From a virus (lineage: Duplodnaviria; Caudoviricetes), in the IMG/VR virus record IMGVR_UViG_3300033076_000411, positions 19,233-83,232 of that record: 64,000 nt of DNA, one strand, 5' to 3'. Below the pieces are notes generated by a model. The model worked only from the letters and a program-made list of their open reading frames with translations, did no database searches and had not been told where the DNA came from. Positions 1 to 7,525 of this stretch are shown here, in pieces; position 1 is the first letter of the stretch; the number at the start of each line of letters is the position of its first letter. The position numbers and the translations under genes were made by a program.

Positions 1-1
1 A

Positions 2-196
2 CTGGAAAGCGTACAAACTTCTCGTTTGAAAAACGCCTTCGAAAAGTATCTACCAGCAGTTTTAGAAGACCGCTCTGTGAAAGCCCGTAAAGTAATCGCA
101 GAATCTGTCACTGAAGTAACTGGGGATAAAACTGTTCCAAGTCAGCCGGAAGATCGCAGTAACGTGATCGACCTCAAGCGTCTGGCAGGGTTATAA
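2..196 (+). CDS. C-terminal fragment of prohead core/scaffold protein (gp22-like position), truncated by window edge
   Basis: Open frame LESVQTSRLKNAFEKYLPAV...VIDLKRLAGL* ending TAA 194-196, directly upstream of the major capsid gene and its RBS (AGGAG). The assignment rests mainly on synteny. Confidence 0.6.
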   Translation: MESVQTSRLKNAFEKYLPAVLEDRSVKARKVIAESVTEVTGDKTVPSQPEDRSNVIDLKRLAGL

Positions 197-216
197 AATT
201 TTTATAGGAGACTTAA

Positions 217-1413
217 ATGTCACAAGAACTATTAGAAAGCCGCTGGGGCGAAACCAAAGAAGCATTGCTTGAAGGTTTAAACGGCTCAAAGCGCAACAGC
301 ATGGGTGTTATCTTAGAAAACACTCGCAAGTACTTGAAAGAAAACGCTTCTGCGGGTTCTACAGCAAGTGGTAACATCGCTACACTTAACCGTGTAATTT
401 TGCCAGTTATCCGTCGTGTAATGCCAACCGTTATTGCTAACGAATTGGTAGGCGTTCAGCCAATGACAGGTCCAGTTGGCCAAATCCACACTCTACGTGT
501 TCGCTATGCAAACTCGTTGACAGACACTTCTGCTGCTGCTACTTCTGTATCAGCCGGTGAAGAAGCATTGTCACCATTCAAGATTGCTACTGCATACTCT
601 ACAGTTCCTGCTGGTACTAACTCTACTAGCAACTACACTGGTGGCAACACTGCTACCATGGAAGGTACTGGCGGTAAGCAAATTTCCGTACAAATCTTGA
701 AGCAAGCCGTTGAAGCTCGCACACGTAAGTTGCAAGCACGTTGGACTTTTGAATCTGCACAAGATGCACAAGCCATGCACGGTATTGACGTAGAAGCAGA
801 AATTATGGCTGCTTTGGCTCAAGAAATTACCGCTGAGATCGACCAAGAAATCCTTCTCAGCCTACGCTCTTTGGCCGCAACTGAGTTTACATACAACCAG
901 GCTACCGTTTCTGGTACTGCTACATTCGTTGGTGACGAACACGCTGCTTTGGCTGTTCTTATCAACCGTGTTGCAAACTTGATCGCACAACGTACACGTC
1001 GTGGCGCAGGTAACTACGCTGTTGTTTCTTCTGCTGCATTGACAGTATTGCAATCTGCAACTACTTCTGCATTTGCTCGTACTACAGAAGGTACATTCGA
1101 AGCACCTACAAACACTAAGTTTGTTGGTACATTGAACGGCTCTATGCGTGTGTTCGTTGACTCTTATGCTGCTGATACAACTCCAGTATTGGTTGGTTAC
1201 AAGGGTTCTAGCGAAGCAGACGCTCCAGCGTTCTACTGCCCATACATCCCATTGATGAGTTCTGGCGTTGTATTGGATCCAACAACATTCGAACCAGTCG
1301 TATCGTTCATGACACGTTATGGCTACATCGAATTGACTAACACTGCGTCATCTTTTGGTAACGCTGGTGACTACGTTGGTGAGATCGCAGTATCTAACTT
1401 GTCTTTCAGTTAA
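217..1413 (+). CDS. gp23: Major capsid protein, T4 gp23-like
   Basis: 398 aa with gp23 hallmark segments GVQPMTGPVGQIHTLR, RKLQARWTFESAQDAQAMHGIDVEAEIMAALAQEITAEIDQEI, FYCPYIPL, TRYG. RBS AGGAG upstream. Confidence 0.97.
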   Translation: MSQELLESRWGETKEALLEGLNGSKRNSMGVILENTRKYLKENASAGSTASGNIATLNRVILPVIRRVMPTVIANELVGVQPMTGPVGQIHTLRVRYANSLTDTSAAATSVSAGEEALSPFKIATAYSTVPAGTNSTSNYTGGNTATMEGTGGKQISVQILKQAVEARTRKLQARWTFESAQDAQAMHGIDVEAEIMAALAQEITAEIDQEILLSLRSLAATEFTYNQATVSGTATFVGDEHAALAVLINRVANLIAQRTRRGAGNYAVVSSAALTVLQSATTSAFARTTEGTFEAPTNTKFVGTLNGSMRVFVDSYAADTTPVLVGYKGSSEADAPAFYCPYIPLMSSGVVLDPTTFEPVVSFMTRYGYIELTNTASSFGNAGDYVGEIAVSNLSFS

Positions 1414-1436
1414 TCCATCCGGATTGCGAAAAACAC

Positions 1437-1461
1437 AAAAAGCACCTTCGGGTGCTTTTTT
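1437..1461 (+). terminator. Rho-independent terminator after the capsid gene
   Basis: aaaaagcacc-TTCG-ggtgcttttt-t: perfect stem, UUCG tetraloop, U tract. Confidence 0.85.
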
Positions 1462-1480
1462 GTTGGCTAAGTATCCTTAT

Positions 1481-2230
1481 ATGGCAATTCGAATCAACTC
1501 TTGGCCTAACCAGCCAACCAAAGTAGCAATCTTTACTGGAATCACTTGCAACCTAGCCTGCACACTTTGTGGGCCTGGTGCAAGTAGTTTATGGCGTTCA
1601 GAATTAGATATGGGCAAGTTCTCCCACGATGAGTATACACTAGAAAAAGATGAGATAATAACAGAAGTTGAAGATTATGATTTTTCTAAATTGGATCACG
1701 TTACCTTTGGTGGCGGCGAGCCGTTGTTAAACAAGTCATCGTTGGAAATTTTTAAAAAATTAAACGATCGTACTGAAATACTATTTCACTCAAACGGTAC
1801 AACATTACCGACTCAAGACTATCTAGATCAGTTTGCTAGATTTGACGATTTTATATTAGTGTTTAGCATTGACGACATAGAAGAACAGTTTGAATTGCTA
1901 CGGTGGCCAGCAAAGTGGAACAAGGTTGTAGAGAACATTCTTTGGTACAGAGAGAATTGCCCGCCTAATGTTAGATTTGCGTTTAACACAGTGGTAAGTC
2001 AACTAAATGATCAGTCGCATACAAGAGTACACAATTGGGTACAGCAACACATTCCTACCAACCGAGCAGGCGTAAACACAGTTTGGTTTACGAATGAAAC
2101 CAACGGATTGTTAAACAGATTAGAAAAAACAGATACTCGTGATCCAGTTAAGTTCCTTGACGAACTTGACGCTCGCCGCGGAACTAACTGGCGCCAAACA
2201 TTCCCTATCTACGCTCAACTGTATTCGTAA
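1481..2230 (+). CDS. Radical SAM domain protein (1 of 4)
   Basis: CNLACTLC (CxxxCxxC) and FGGGEPLLN motifs. Start moved from the ORF track's 1355 to ATG 1481, after the terminator and a TAAGTA box at 1468-1473. Confidence 0.85.
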   Translation: MAIRINSWPNQPTKVAIFTGITCNLACTLCGPGASSLWRSELDMGKFSHDEYTLEKDEIITEVEDYDFSKLDHVTFGGGEPLLNKSSLEIFKKLNDRTEILFHSNGTTLPTQDYLDQFARFDDFILVFSIDDIEEQFELLRWPAKWNKVVENILWYRENCPPNVRFAFNTVVSQLNDQSHTRVHNWVQQHIPTNRAGVNTVWFTNETNGLLNRLEKTDTRDPVKFLDELDARRGTNWRQTFPIYAQLYS

Positions 2231-2793
2231 GGTGTATCATCGTCAAGATAATCAGCATCAATGTGTTCGCCTTTAACGTTATCATATTCTCGGTAATAGG
2301 TCTCGTTGGGCATCAACGCTCTGAACTCTGATCCATACTTTAGCGTGGCAAATGTTGCTTCTTCTTTTTTCAGCAGGTCACAAATCACAAACGTTGAAGT
2401 ACATGCACCTGAGATGTACTTAAACGGAGAATGTTTAAATTCGTTCCTTTTCAATGCTTCATGGATCTGTGTAGCAGGTCTAAACATGATACGAGTAATG
2501 CCCAGTTTCTGATTACGAAGTCTAAACTTATCGTAGATATTCAACTCGCGAAGAGTAGCGCAGTTGTTCTCATCAATGGTGAGAAGAACTTCTTTGAATT
2601 TTAAACTGCCTTTGGTATGGGAATTGTCGGGCGTTTCCTTGGTGCTCCAAGGCATGTTGGCGTCAACATGATCGACATAGAAAGTTTCACCATGTGTTTT
2701 TAAGACCCACATTGGTATGGTCTCGTCCTCTAAGTGCTTTTTGTTAAAGTGGAAGACTACATCTTTACAAGCATATTCGATCTACATTGACAT
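2215..2793 (-). CDS. Hypothetical protein with in-frame amber (TAG) at codon 4; 192 aa if read through, 165 aa if started at ATG 2712
   Basis: Minus strand reads AAGGA-aataaa-ATG TCA ATG TAG ATC GAA TAT GCT TGT AAA GAT GTA GTC TTC CAC TTT AAC AAA AAG CAC TTA GAG GAC GAG ACC ATA CCA ATG TGG GTC..., in frame with the supplied 165-aa ORF. TAG is at 2782-2784. Confidence 0.75.
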
Positions 2794-2813
2794 TTTATTT
2801 CCTTTAAGTTAAA

Positions 2814-2889
2814 TGGTGCGCTAGGTGGGAATCGAACCCACACAAACAGCGGTTTAGAATCGCCTACTCAGCCATTGAGAATCTAGCGC
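2814..2889 (-). tRNA. tRNA with CUA anticodon (amber-suppressor type), encoded 3' CCA
   Basis: Reverse complement GCGCTAG AT TCTC AATGGCT GAGT A GGCGA TTCTAAA CCGCT GTTTGT GTGGG TTCGATT CCCAC CTAGCGC A CCA. It has a 7-bp acceptor stem, D-loop GG, 5-bp T stem with TTCGA, and anticodon loop U-U-C-U-A-A-A. Confidence 0.85.
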
Positions 2890-2897
2890 ATGTCGCT

Positions 2898-2925
2898 ATT
2901 ATATAGCATAACATAAATGTTACAA
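2898..2925 (-). promoter_or_regulatory. Putative sigma70-type promoter driving the tRNA and amber-containing gene
   Basis: Minus strand TTGTAA-16 nt-TATAAT, with the -10 box ending 8 nt before the tRNA 5' end. Confidence 0.55.
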
Positions 2926-3648
2926 TAGATTCTGGGAAAGAAAGTCTATTAGTTTGTCAGAAATTTTTTTGTGTCCTTGCACATTTGGATGGCAGTATCC
3001 AGGCTTGACATATAAATCTAACATTTCTTTGTGTATGTTCCAGTCATCAACTTTTATTTCAGGAATATCATCACTAATAACAACTCCGTTTTTGTTATCA
3101 ATGCTGTGCAATATAATCTGTGCTAAACATTGGTCCTTGGGAAGTATCCATGCAGATGCAGGGGTAAGGTCCTCAATAACAGACGTTTCGACCGTGGTAA
3201 AAATATTGCAGAAATACGGAGTTACTCCTAACTCCTTGCACCAAAGATACAGTAAGTTGATTGTTCGTTCGTAAGTATAGATTCTTTGCGGTTCAGTGTC
3301 AAAAAACTTAAACCACTGGTCTACATAAGGATGCACATAGCGATTGTAATTTTTGCCGGGTATAATTTGATGAGGTATGCCTTGATCATTTAGCAACGAA
3401 ACTCTGTGCGGTGCGCTCAGAAAGAAAAATGCAACGTCGCCGGGAGACATTTCTTTGGATACCTTGGAGAAAATGTGTGGGATAATGTCAGGACCTGATC
3501 CGCACTCGCTTCTGTTAACACATTTTGCGGAGAAAAAATTGCTTACCAAAGTCGGAAAAACAAAATTTAAAATATCTTTACGTGGTACAGTGAGTTCTAA
3601 TTCTGAACCCTGTAGCCAACTATCCCCAAACCAAAAAAACTTTTTCAT
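2920..3648 (-). CDS. SGNH/GDSL-like hydrolase or acyltransferase fold protein
   Basis: N-terminal FGDSWLQG (block I) and C-terminal CHPNVQGH (block V-like). ATG at 3648 preferred over TTG at 3657. Confidence 0.6.
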   Translation of the reverse strand: MKKFFWFGDSWLQGSELELTVPRKDILNFVFPTLVSNFFSAKCVNRSECGSGPDIIPHIFSKVSKEMSPGDVAFFFLSAPHRVSLLNDQGIPHQIIPGKNYNRYVHPYVDQWFKFFDTEPQRIYTYERTINLLYLWCKELGVTPYFCNIFTTVETSVIEDLTPASAWILPKDQCLAQIILHSIDNKNGVVISDDIPEIKVDDWNIHKEMLDLYVKPGYCHPNVQGHKKISDKLIDFLSQNLL

Positions 3649-3709
3649 TGAACTCAATCCGTATTTGTATTATATATGTGTGCCAGTAAACGCAAAGAAA
3701 TTCAACTGA

Positions 3710-4771
3710 CTACAAAGATTGGACCAAATTATAAAGTTCTCTAAACTGTTGCAGGTTAAAATCTCTGAGTTTGTTAAACCCTGCCATGTTTTTAGCATGC
3801 TGGTCTTGTGTGTCTAGCGAAACTTTGTTTTTGATAAGATTAGGAATCTGAGATAGCATAAGATCTACTCGTTGCATATTGTTTGTAATTGTATCAAACG
3901 ACATATCAAATTGCCCTAACGATAAGTCGATTCCAAACGACTCAGACAACCATGTGTTATATCCAGTGGCTCCTAGCATTAAACACGGTACGCCCATTAT
4001 CAGTGGCTTGATAGTTTTTTCGGTTAGATGAAACTCTTGTATTTGCCATCCACGGCCGTAGTACGGATCAGTTTCGTGCTGTATTTCAAAATAAAATTTC
4101 TGGTACAACTCTACAGGTATTAGTTTTGCTGGAATCAACCAAGGGGTTTCATTAAACGTGTTGCCGTCAAAGTAAAAAGTTTTAGGATCGTAGTCAACCA
4201 AATCTAAATTTGGAGCCAATGATTTATCGACTTGTTTGCCGCTGTACTTTACTAGGCTGTTGCTTAGATCAAATGTAGACAGTCGATTGATCATGTGTGA
4301 TCGCAGCCAACTAAGTCGCCCTATTAAACAAAAGAAATCGTATACAGGTTCTCGTTTACTGCTTTGTGCCCAGGTATATTGATGTACAGGGTTAAATGTT
4401 CCTTGTCCGTATTCAAAAATTTCAACAAATCTAGTAAACGTTTTGATAATCTTTAGATCGGGCAGTGCTTTTTTAATTACATCAGGATCAGCATACGACT
4501 CAGTAACCAGTATATAAGATTTTGTTAAGTCGAATACTTTTAAGCCGTCAAATATTTGTTGAAACGTTTCAGTAACAACAATGTTAATGTCTTTCCATGG
4601 TATATAGGTTCGGTGGTCCAGATCATACCAATCAACGGCTAATATATCACCGGATTCATCAGACCAGGTTATCGTGGGGTCAGATTTTATTGCTGCGGAT
4701 AAACCAATAAAGTTTTTTATAGTATCAAGTTCGCCGCGAAGATTACCTGGTCCTAAGGTCTGTATTTGCAT
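3710..4771 (-). CDS. Hypothetical protein, possible glycosyltransferase-like C-terminal domain; ends in TAG
   Basis: 353-aa ORF translationally coupled (TAATG) to the upstream gene. The motif FEIQHET...HLTEKTIKPLIMGVPCLMLG resembles phage GT-B/fucosyltransferase-like proteins. Confidence 0.5.
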   Translation of the reverse strand: MQIQTLGPGNLRGELDTIKNFIGLSAAIKSDPTITWSDESGDILAVDWYDLDHRTYIPWKDINIVVTETFQQIFDGLKVFDLTKSYILVTESYADPDVIKKALPDLKIIKTFTRFVEIFEYGQGTFNPVHQYTWAQSSKREPVYDFFCLIGRLSWLRSHMINRLSTFDLSNSLVKYSGKQVDKSLAPNLDLVDYDPKTFYFDGNTFNETPWLIPAKLIPVELYQKFYFEIQHETDPYYGRGWQIQEFHLTEKTIKPLIMGVPCLMLGATGYNTWLSESFGIDLSLGQFDMSFDTITNNMQRVDLMLSQIPNLIKNKVSLDTQDQHAKNMAGFNKLRDFNLQQFRELYNLVQSL

Positions 4772-5919
4772 TACACTTTAAACCAACTTAAAAACTGTGT
4801 AATTTTCTTGGTAACGCTGGCCCAGTCTCCGCGAACAGGTTGTCTAAACAATCGTGCTTGACTGTACCAAGGACTGTCGTCACGATTTAATAACCAACGC
4901 CAGTCTACTGCAAATTGATTGAGCATAATCCATGTTGGGCGTCCTAGTGCGCCTGCTAAGTGTGCAATTGCAGTATCCACACTGACTACAACATCCAGGT
5001 GCATCATCAGTGCAGCAGTGTCCGAGAAACTGCTAATTGCTCCAGGGTAAGTAGATACTCCAGCAGCAGACAATTCTTCATCTTCTTCGAGAGTACAATC
5101 TACTTGCAAATTAATCCATTCGTACTGTGGGTTATCTTTGATCATTTGCAACATGGTAGCAAACGGCATACCTTTGTGCTGATTGAGCCAGCTATCACGA
5201 CGCCCTGACCACGAAAATCCCACTCGCATTTTGTTTTTCGGTCCTAGTTTTTCTAGCCACTGTTTAACCAGTTCGGGCTGTGCAGTTAGATAACTTTGTG
5301 GTCTGGGAAGGTTTTCAAGGGTAACACCCAGTATACCGGGTATACTCATGATTGGTACCCAGTAATCGAACTCGCCCATGTCTGCTGAATAACTACTGAC
5401 CTGTTCAATAATCGAACTATTAGCAAACATAGGAATTAACCCGTCAGTGACTTGCAGTTTGATCTTGGCACCAGCAACATGTAAATTAAACAAAAATCTC
5501 GAAAATTGAATACAGTCGCCGTGTCCTTGCTCCCCTACAACCAAGATAGTTTTGTCTTTTAAATCTTCGCCGCGCCAACGAGGTTGAGTATATTTGGGTT
5601 CTGTGCCAGCAAGATGCTCGTAGTTCCAGCGAGTTTCGTATGCTGGCCATCCTTGGGCGTAGTTGCCTTGAAGCAAATATGTTACAGCAAGATTGAACTT
5701 TGCTGTGACATTGTTTGGATCTAAATTAGCCGCATGCTGCAAAAACGGAACAGCACGCTCAGGAAACCCACATTCACGCATTACATTGCCATAATTGTTA
5801 AATGCCGCTGCGGAATCAGGATCATTTACAAATGCCAGCGCATAGCATTGTAATGCTCGTTCGGGCTGATTCTCAGCACGTAATTGGTTGCCTTGTTCGA
5901 TTAGTTCATTGGAGTTCAT
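4771..5919 (-). CDS. TPR-repeat protein fused to GT9-like (heptosyltransferase-like) glycosyltransferase domain
   Basis: N-terminal TPRs (AAAFNNYGNVMRECG..A, VTAKFNLAVTYLLQGNYAQGW), EQGHGDCIQFSRF, and DVVVSVDTAIAHLAGALGRPTW. Start set at MNSNEL (5919). Confidence 0.8.
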   Translation of the reverse strand: MNSNELIEQGNQLRAENQPERALQCYALAFVNDPDSAAAFNNYGNVMRECGFPERAVPFLQHAANLDPNNVTAKFNLAVTYLLQGNYAQGWPAYETRWNYEHLAGTEPKYTQPRWRGEDLKDKTILVVGEQGHGDCIQFSRFLFNLHVAGAKIKLQVTDGLIPMFANSSIIEQVSSYSADMGEFDYWVPIMSIPGILGVTLENLPRPQSYLTAQPELVKQWLEKLGPKNKMRVGFSWSGRRDSWLNQHKGMPFATMLQMIKDNPQYEWINLQVDCTLEEDEELSAAGVSTYPGAISSFSDTAALMMHLDVVVSVDTAIAHLAGALGRPTWIMLNQFAVDWRWLLNRDDSPWYSQARLFRQPVRGDWASVTKKITQFLSWFKV

Positions 5920-5923
5920 GGGA

Positions 5924-5967
5924 TATTTACACACCTAGTGACACGTATTTTACATTTTCCATAAATA
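5924..5967. promoter_or_regulatory. Back-to-back T4-like late promoter boxes
   Basis: TAAATA on minus (5924-5929) just upstream of the TPR-GT start, and on plus (5962-5967) upstream of the 6062 gene. Confidence 0.6.
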
Positions 5968-5984
5968 CTAGTTTAAAACTATGT

Positions 5985-6047
5985 ACGCAATAATGCGTCT
6001 TATGCAGCAACCACTGCGTAGCGGCTAGAACCCGCATTGGGCTTCTA
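5985..6047 (+). promoter_or_regulatory. Structured 5' leader (tandem hairpins)
   Basis: acgca-ataa-tgcgt; tatgcag-caacca-ctgcgta; gcgg-ctagaac-ccgc; alternative tagaaccc/gggcttcta next to RBS TAAGGAG. Confidence 0.45.
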
Positions 6048-6061
6048 TAAGGAGAAATCAA

Positions 6062-6889
6062 ATGGGAAGAGCTCTTAAAATTCAAAAAACAAACATCGGT
6101 GCAGGTACAACTGTTACCGGTACAGTTACCGCGTATAACCAAAACGTTTTAACTGACGCAGGTTACCCTAACTTTGGTAGCCTAACTGATCCAGTTTATA
6201 ACTCTGCTGACACATTGAGTGCGACAGACTTCTTGGGCGTTGTAGGCGGTTCACCTGCTACTTCTACTGCTTCAGCAACTTATCCAGAAATTTCTGCATT
6301 GGTTAACATCGAATTAGCAGACGGAACAGATAGTTATACTGCTACAAGTTCATACACTGGTCGCATTATCCGCCAAAAAGGTAGCCACAAGTTCTTGGTT
6401 GCTGCTACAGGCGCAACTATTGCCGATGAATCAATGATCGTAGGTCAAGCATATCAAATCGCTGTACTAGGTACAACTGATTGGCAAGCCTGCGGTGCTG
6501 GCACACAATCTGCTGTTGGCGATATCTTTACTGCTACTGCTGCTGGCGCTGGTACAGGCGAAGTATATGCAGTTGGTCAGTGCGTGTTGTCTAACACTGC
6601 TACTCCTGCTGCTGGTGACATGGCAATTGGCTTCTCTGTAGGCGACAGTTCTGCTGTTTATGCTAGTTACATTACCAACAAGTGGATCCGTGACTGGAAC
6701 GGCATGACTTACGGTAACTACTCAGACAGCAACACTGGTGTTAACGTTCAAACCAGTGAAAACTTCTACCCTGTTAACTTCTTCACTGACGAAGGCACAG
6801 TTACATGGTCTGGCGCTGAAGTTATCGGTGGCTCACAATCACAAAACGGTACACTACAATTGGCTCAAGTCGACAAAGTTACTTCTTAA
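6062..6889 (+). CDS. Hypothetical protein, probably virion structural
   Basis: 275 aa, T/A/G-rich beta-type composition, strong RBS, late box upstream, terminator downstream. Confidence 0.6.
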   Translation: MGRALKIQKTNIGAGTTVTGTVTAYNQNVLTDAGYPNFGSLTDPVYNSADTLSATDFLGVVGGSPATSTASATYPEISALVNIELADGTDSYTATSSYTGRIIRQKGSHKFLVAATGATIADESMIVGQAYQIAVLGTTDWQACGAGTQSAVGDIFTATAAGAGTGEVYAVGQCVLSNTATPAAGDMAIGFSVGDSSAVYASYITNKWIRDWNGMTYGNYSDSNTGVNVQTSENFYPVNFFTDEGTVTWSGAEVIGGSQSQNGTLQLAQVDKVTS

Positions 6890-6906
6890 TTGATTTAACC
6901 CCCGAG

Positions 6907-6937
6907 TCCCCCTAGATAATTACTAGGGGGATTTTTT
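6907..6937 (+). terminator. Rho-independent terminator whose loop contains a late-promoter-like TAATTA
   Basis: tccccctag-ataatta-ctaggggga followed by tttttt and then ATG 6938. Confidence 0.8.
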
Positions 6938-7525
6938 ATGAGCAGAGCATTTGTATTAGGCAACGGTGTTAGCCGGTTATCAGTGGATTTACACACATTA
7001 AAAACGCTGGGCCCTATCTATGGGTGCAACGGCTTGTACAGAGAATTCACGCCTGACGTACTAGTAAGCACAGACAAGCCTATCAGCGAACGAATTCAAA
7101 ACGAAGGCTATTCGTTGAAAAACAAGTTTTATACTCGCCGCCCTTTTCCGGGCCAAGGAGGACTTGCTGTTCCCCAGGAATACTACGGATTTAGTTCAGG
7201 GCCAATTGCTGTGTCGTTGGCAGCATTGGATAAAAATATTGCAATTTACTTGATTGGTTTTGACATGGGCCCAACAGAATTTGGGAAATTTAACAATGTG
7301 TATGCAGATACAGAATTCTATAAAAAAAGTTCTGCAACACCAACATTTACAGGAAACTGGGTACGACAGTTAATTACAGTGGCGAAAAATTTTCCTAAAA
7401 CTAGTTTCTTTCGTGTTTATGGCCCTACAACTGCAAATATTCAGGATTTAAACGGTGTTAAAAACCTTTCCCACATGCCAATGGAAGACTTTCTAAACCG
7501 TATAAATAACACAAAGGACCTGTAA
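6938..7525 (+). CDS. Maf/DUF115-like putative glycosyltransferase domain protein
   Basis: AFVLGNGVSR, IYGCNGLYR, SSGPIAV, IYLIGFDM motifs typical of motility-associated-factor-like domains. Confidence 0.55.
   Translation: MSRAFVLGNGVSRLSVDLHTLKTLGPIYGCNGLYREFTPDVLVSTDKPISERIQNEGYSLKNKFYTRRPFPGQGGLAVPQEYYGFSSGPIAVSLAALDKNIAIYLIGFDMGPTEFGKFNNVYADTEFYKKSSATPTFTGNWVRQLITVAKNFPKTSFFRVYGPTTANIQDLNGVKNLSHMPMEDFLNRINNTKDL

Noticed and set aside
1355-1480. N-terminal extension of the first radical-SAM ORF given by the ORF track
   Set aside because: It overlaps the capsid gene end and runs through the terminator; ATG 1481 behind a late-like box is more plausible. The extensions at 32920, 47004, 53213, 55115, 55774 and 61824 were trimmed for similar reasons (overlap with neighbours, better RBS downstream).
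2814-2889. Reading the tRNA as Arg(UCU) or as tRNA-Pyl
   Set aside because: Centring the loop on TCT destroys the anticodon stem pairing, whereas centring on CTA gives 4 pairs plus one mismatch. Pyl hallmarks (6-bp anticodon stem, 3-nt variable loop, no TTC in the T loop) are absent.
3620-3712. Amber read-through fusing the 3710 gene to the SGNH gene
   Set aside because: The two are in different frames, and read-through meets another TAG after about 30 codons.
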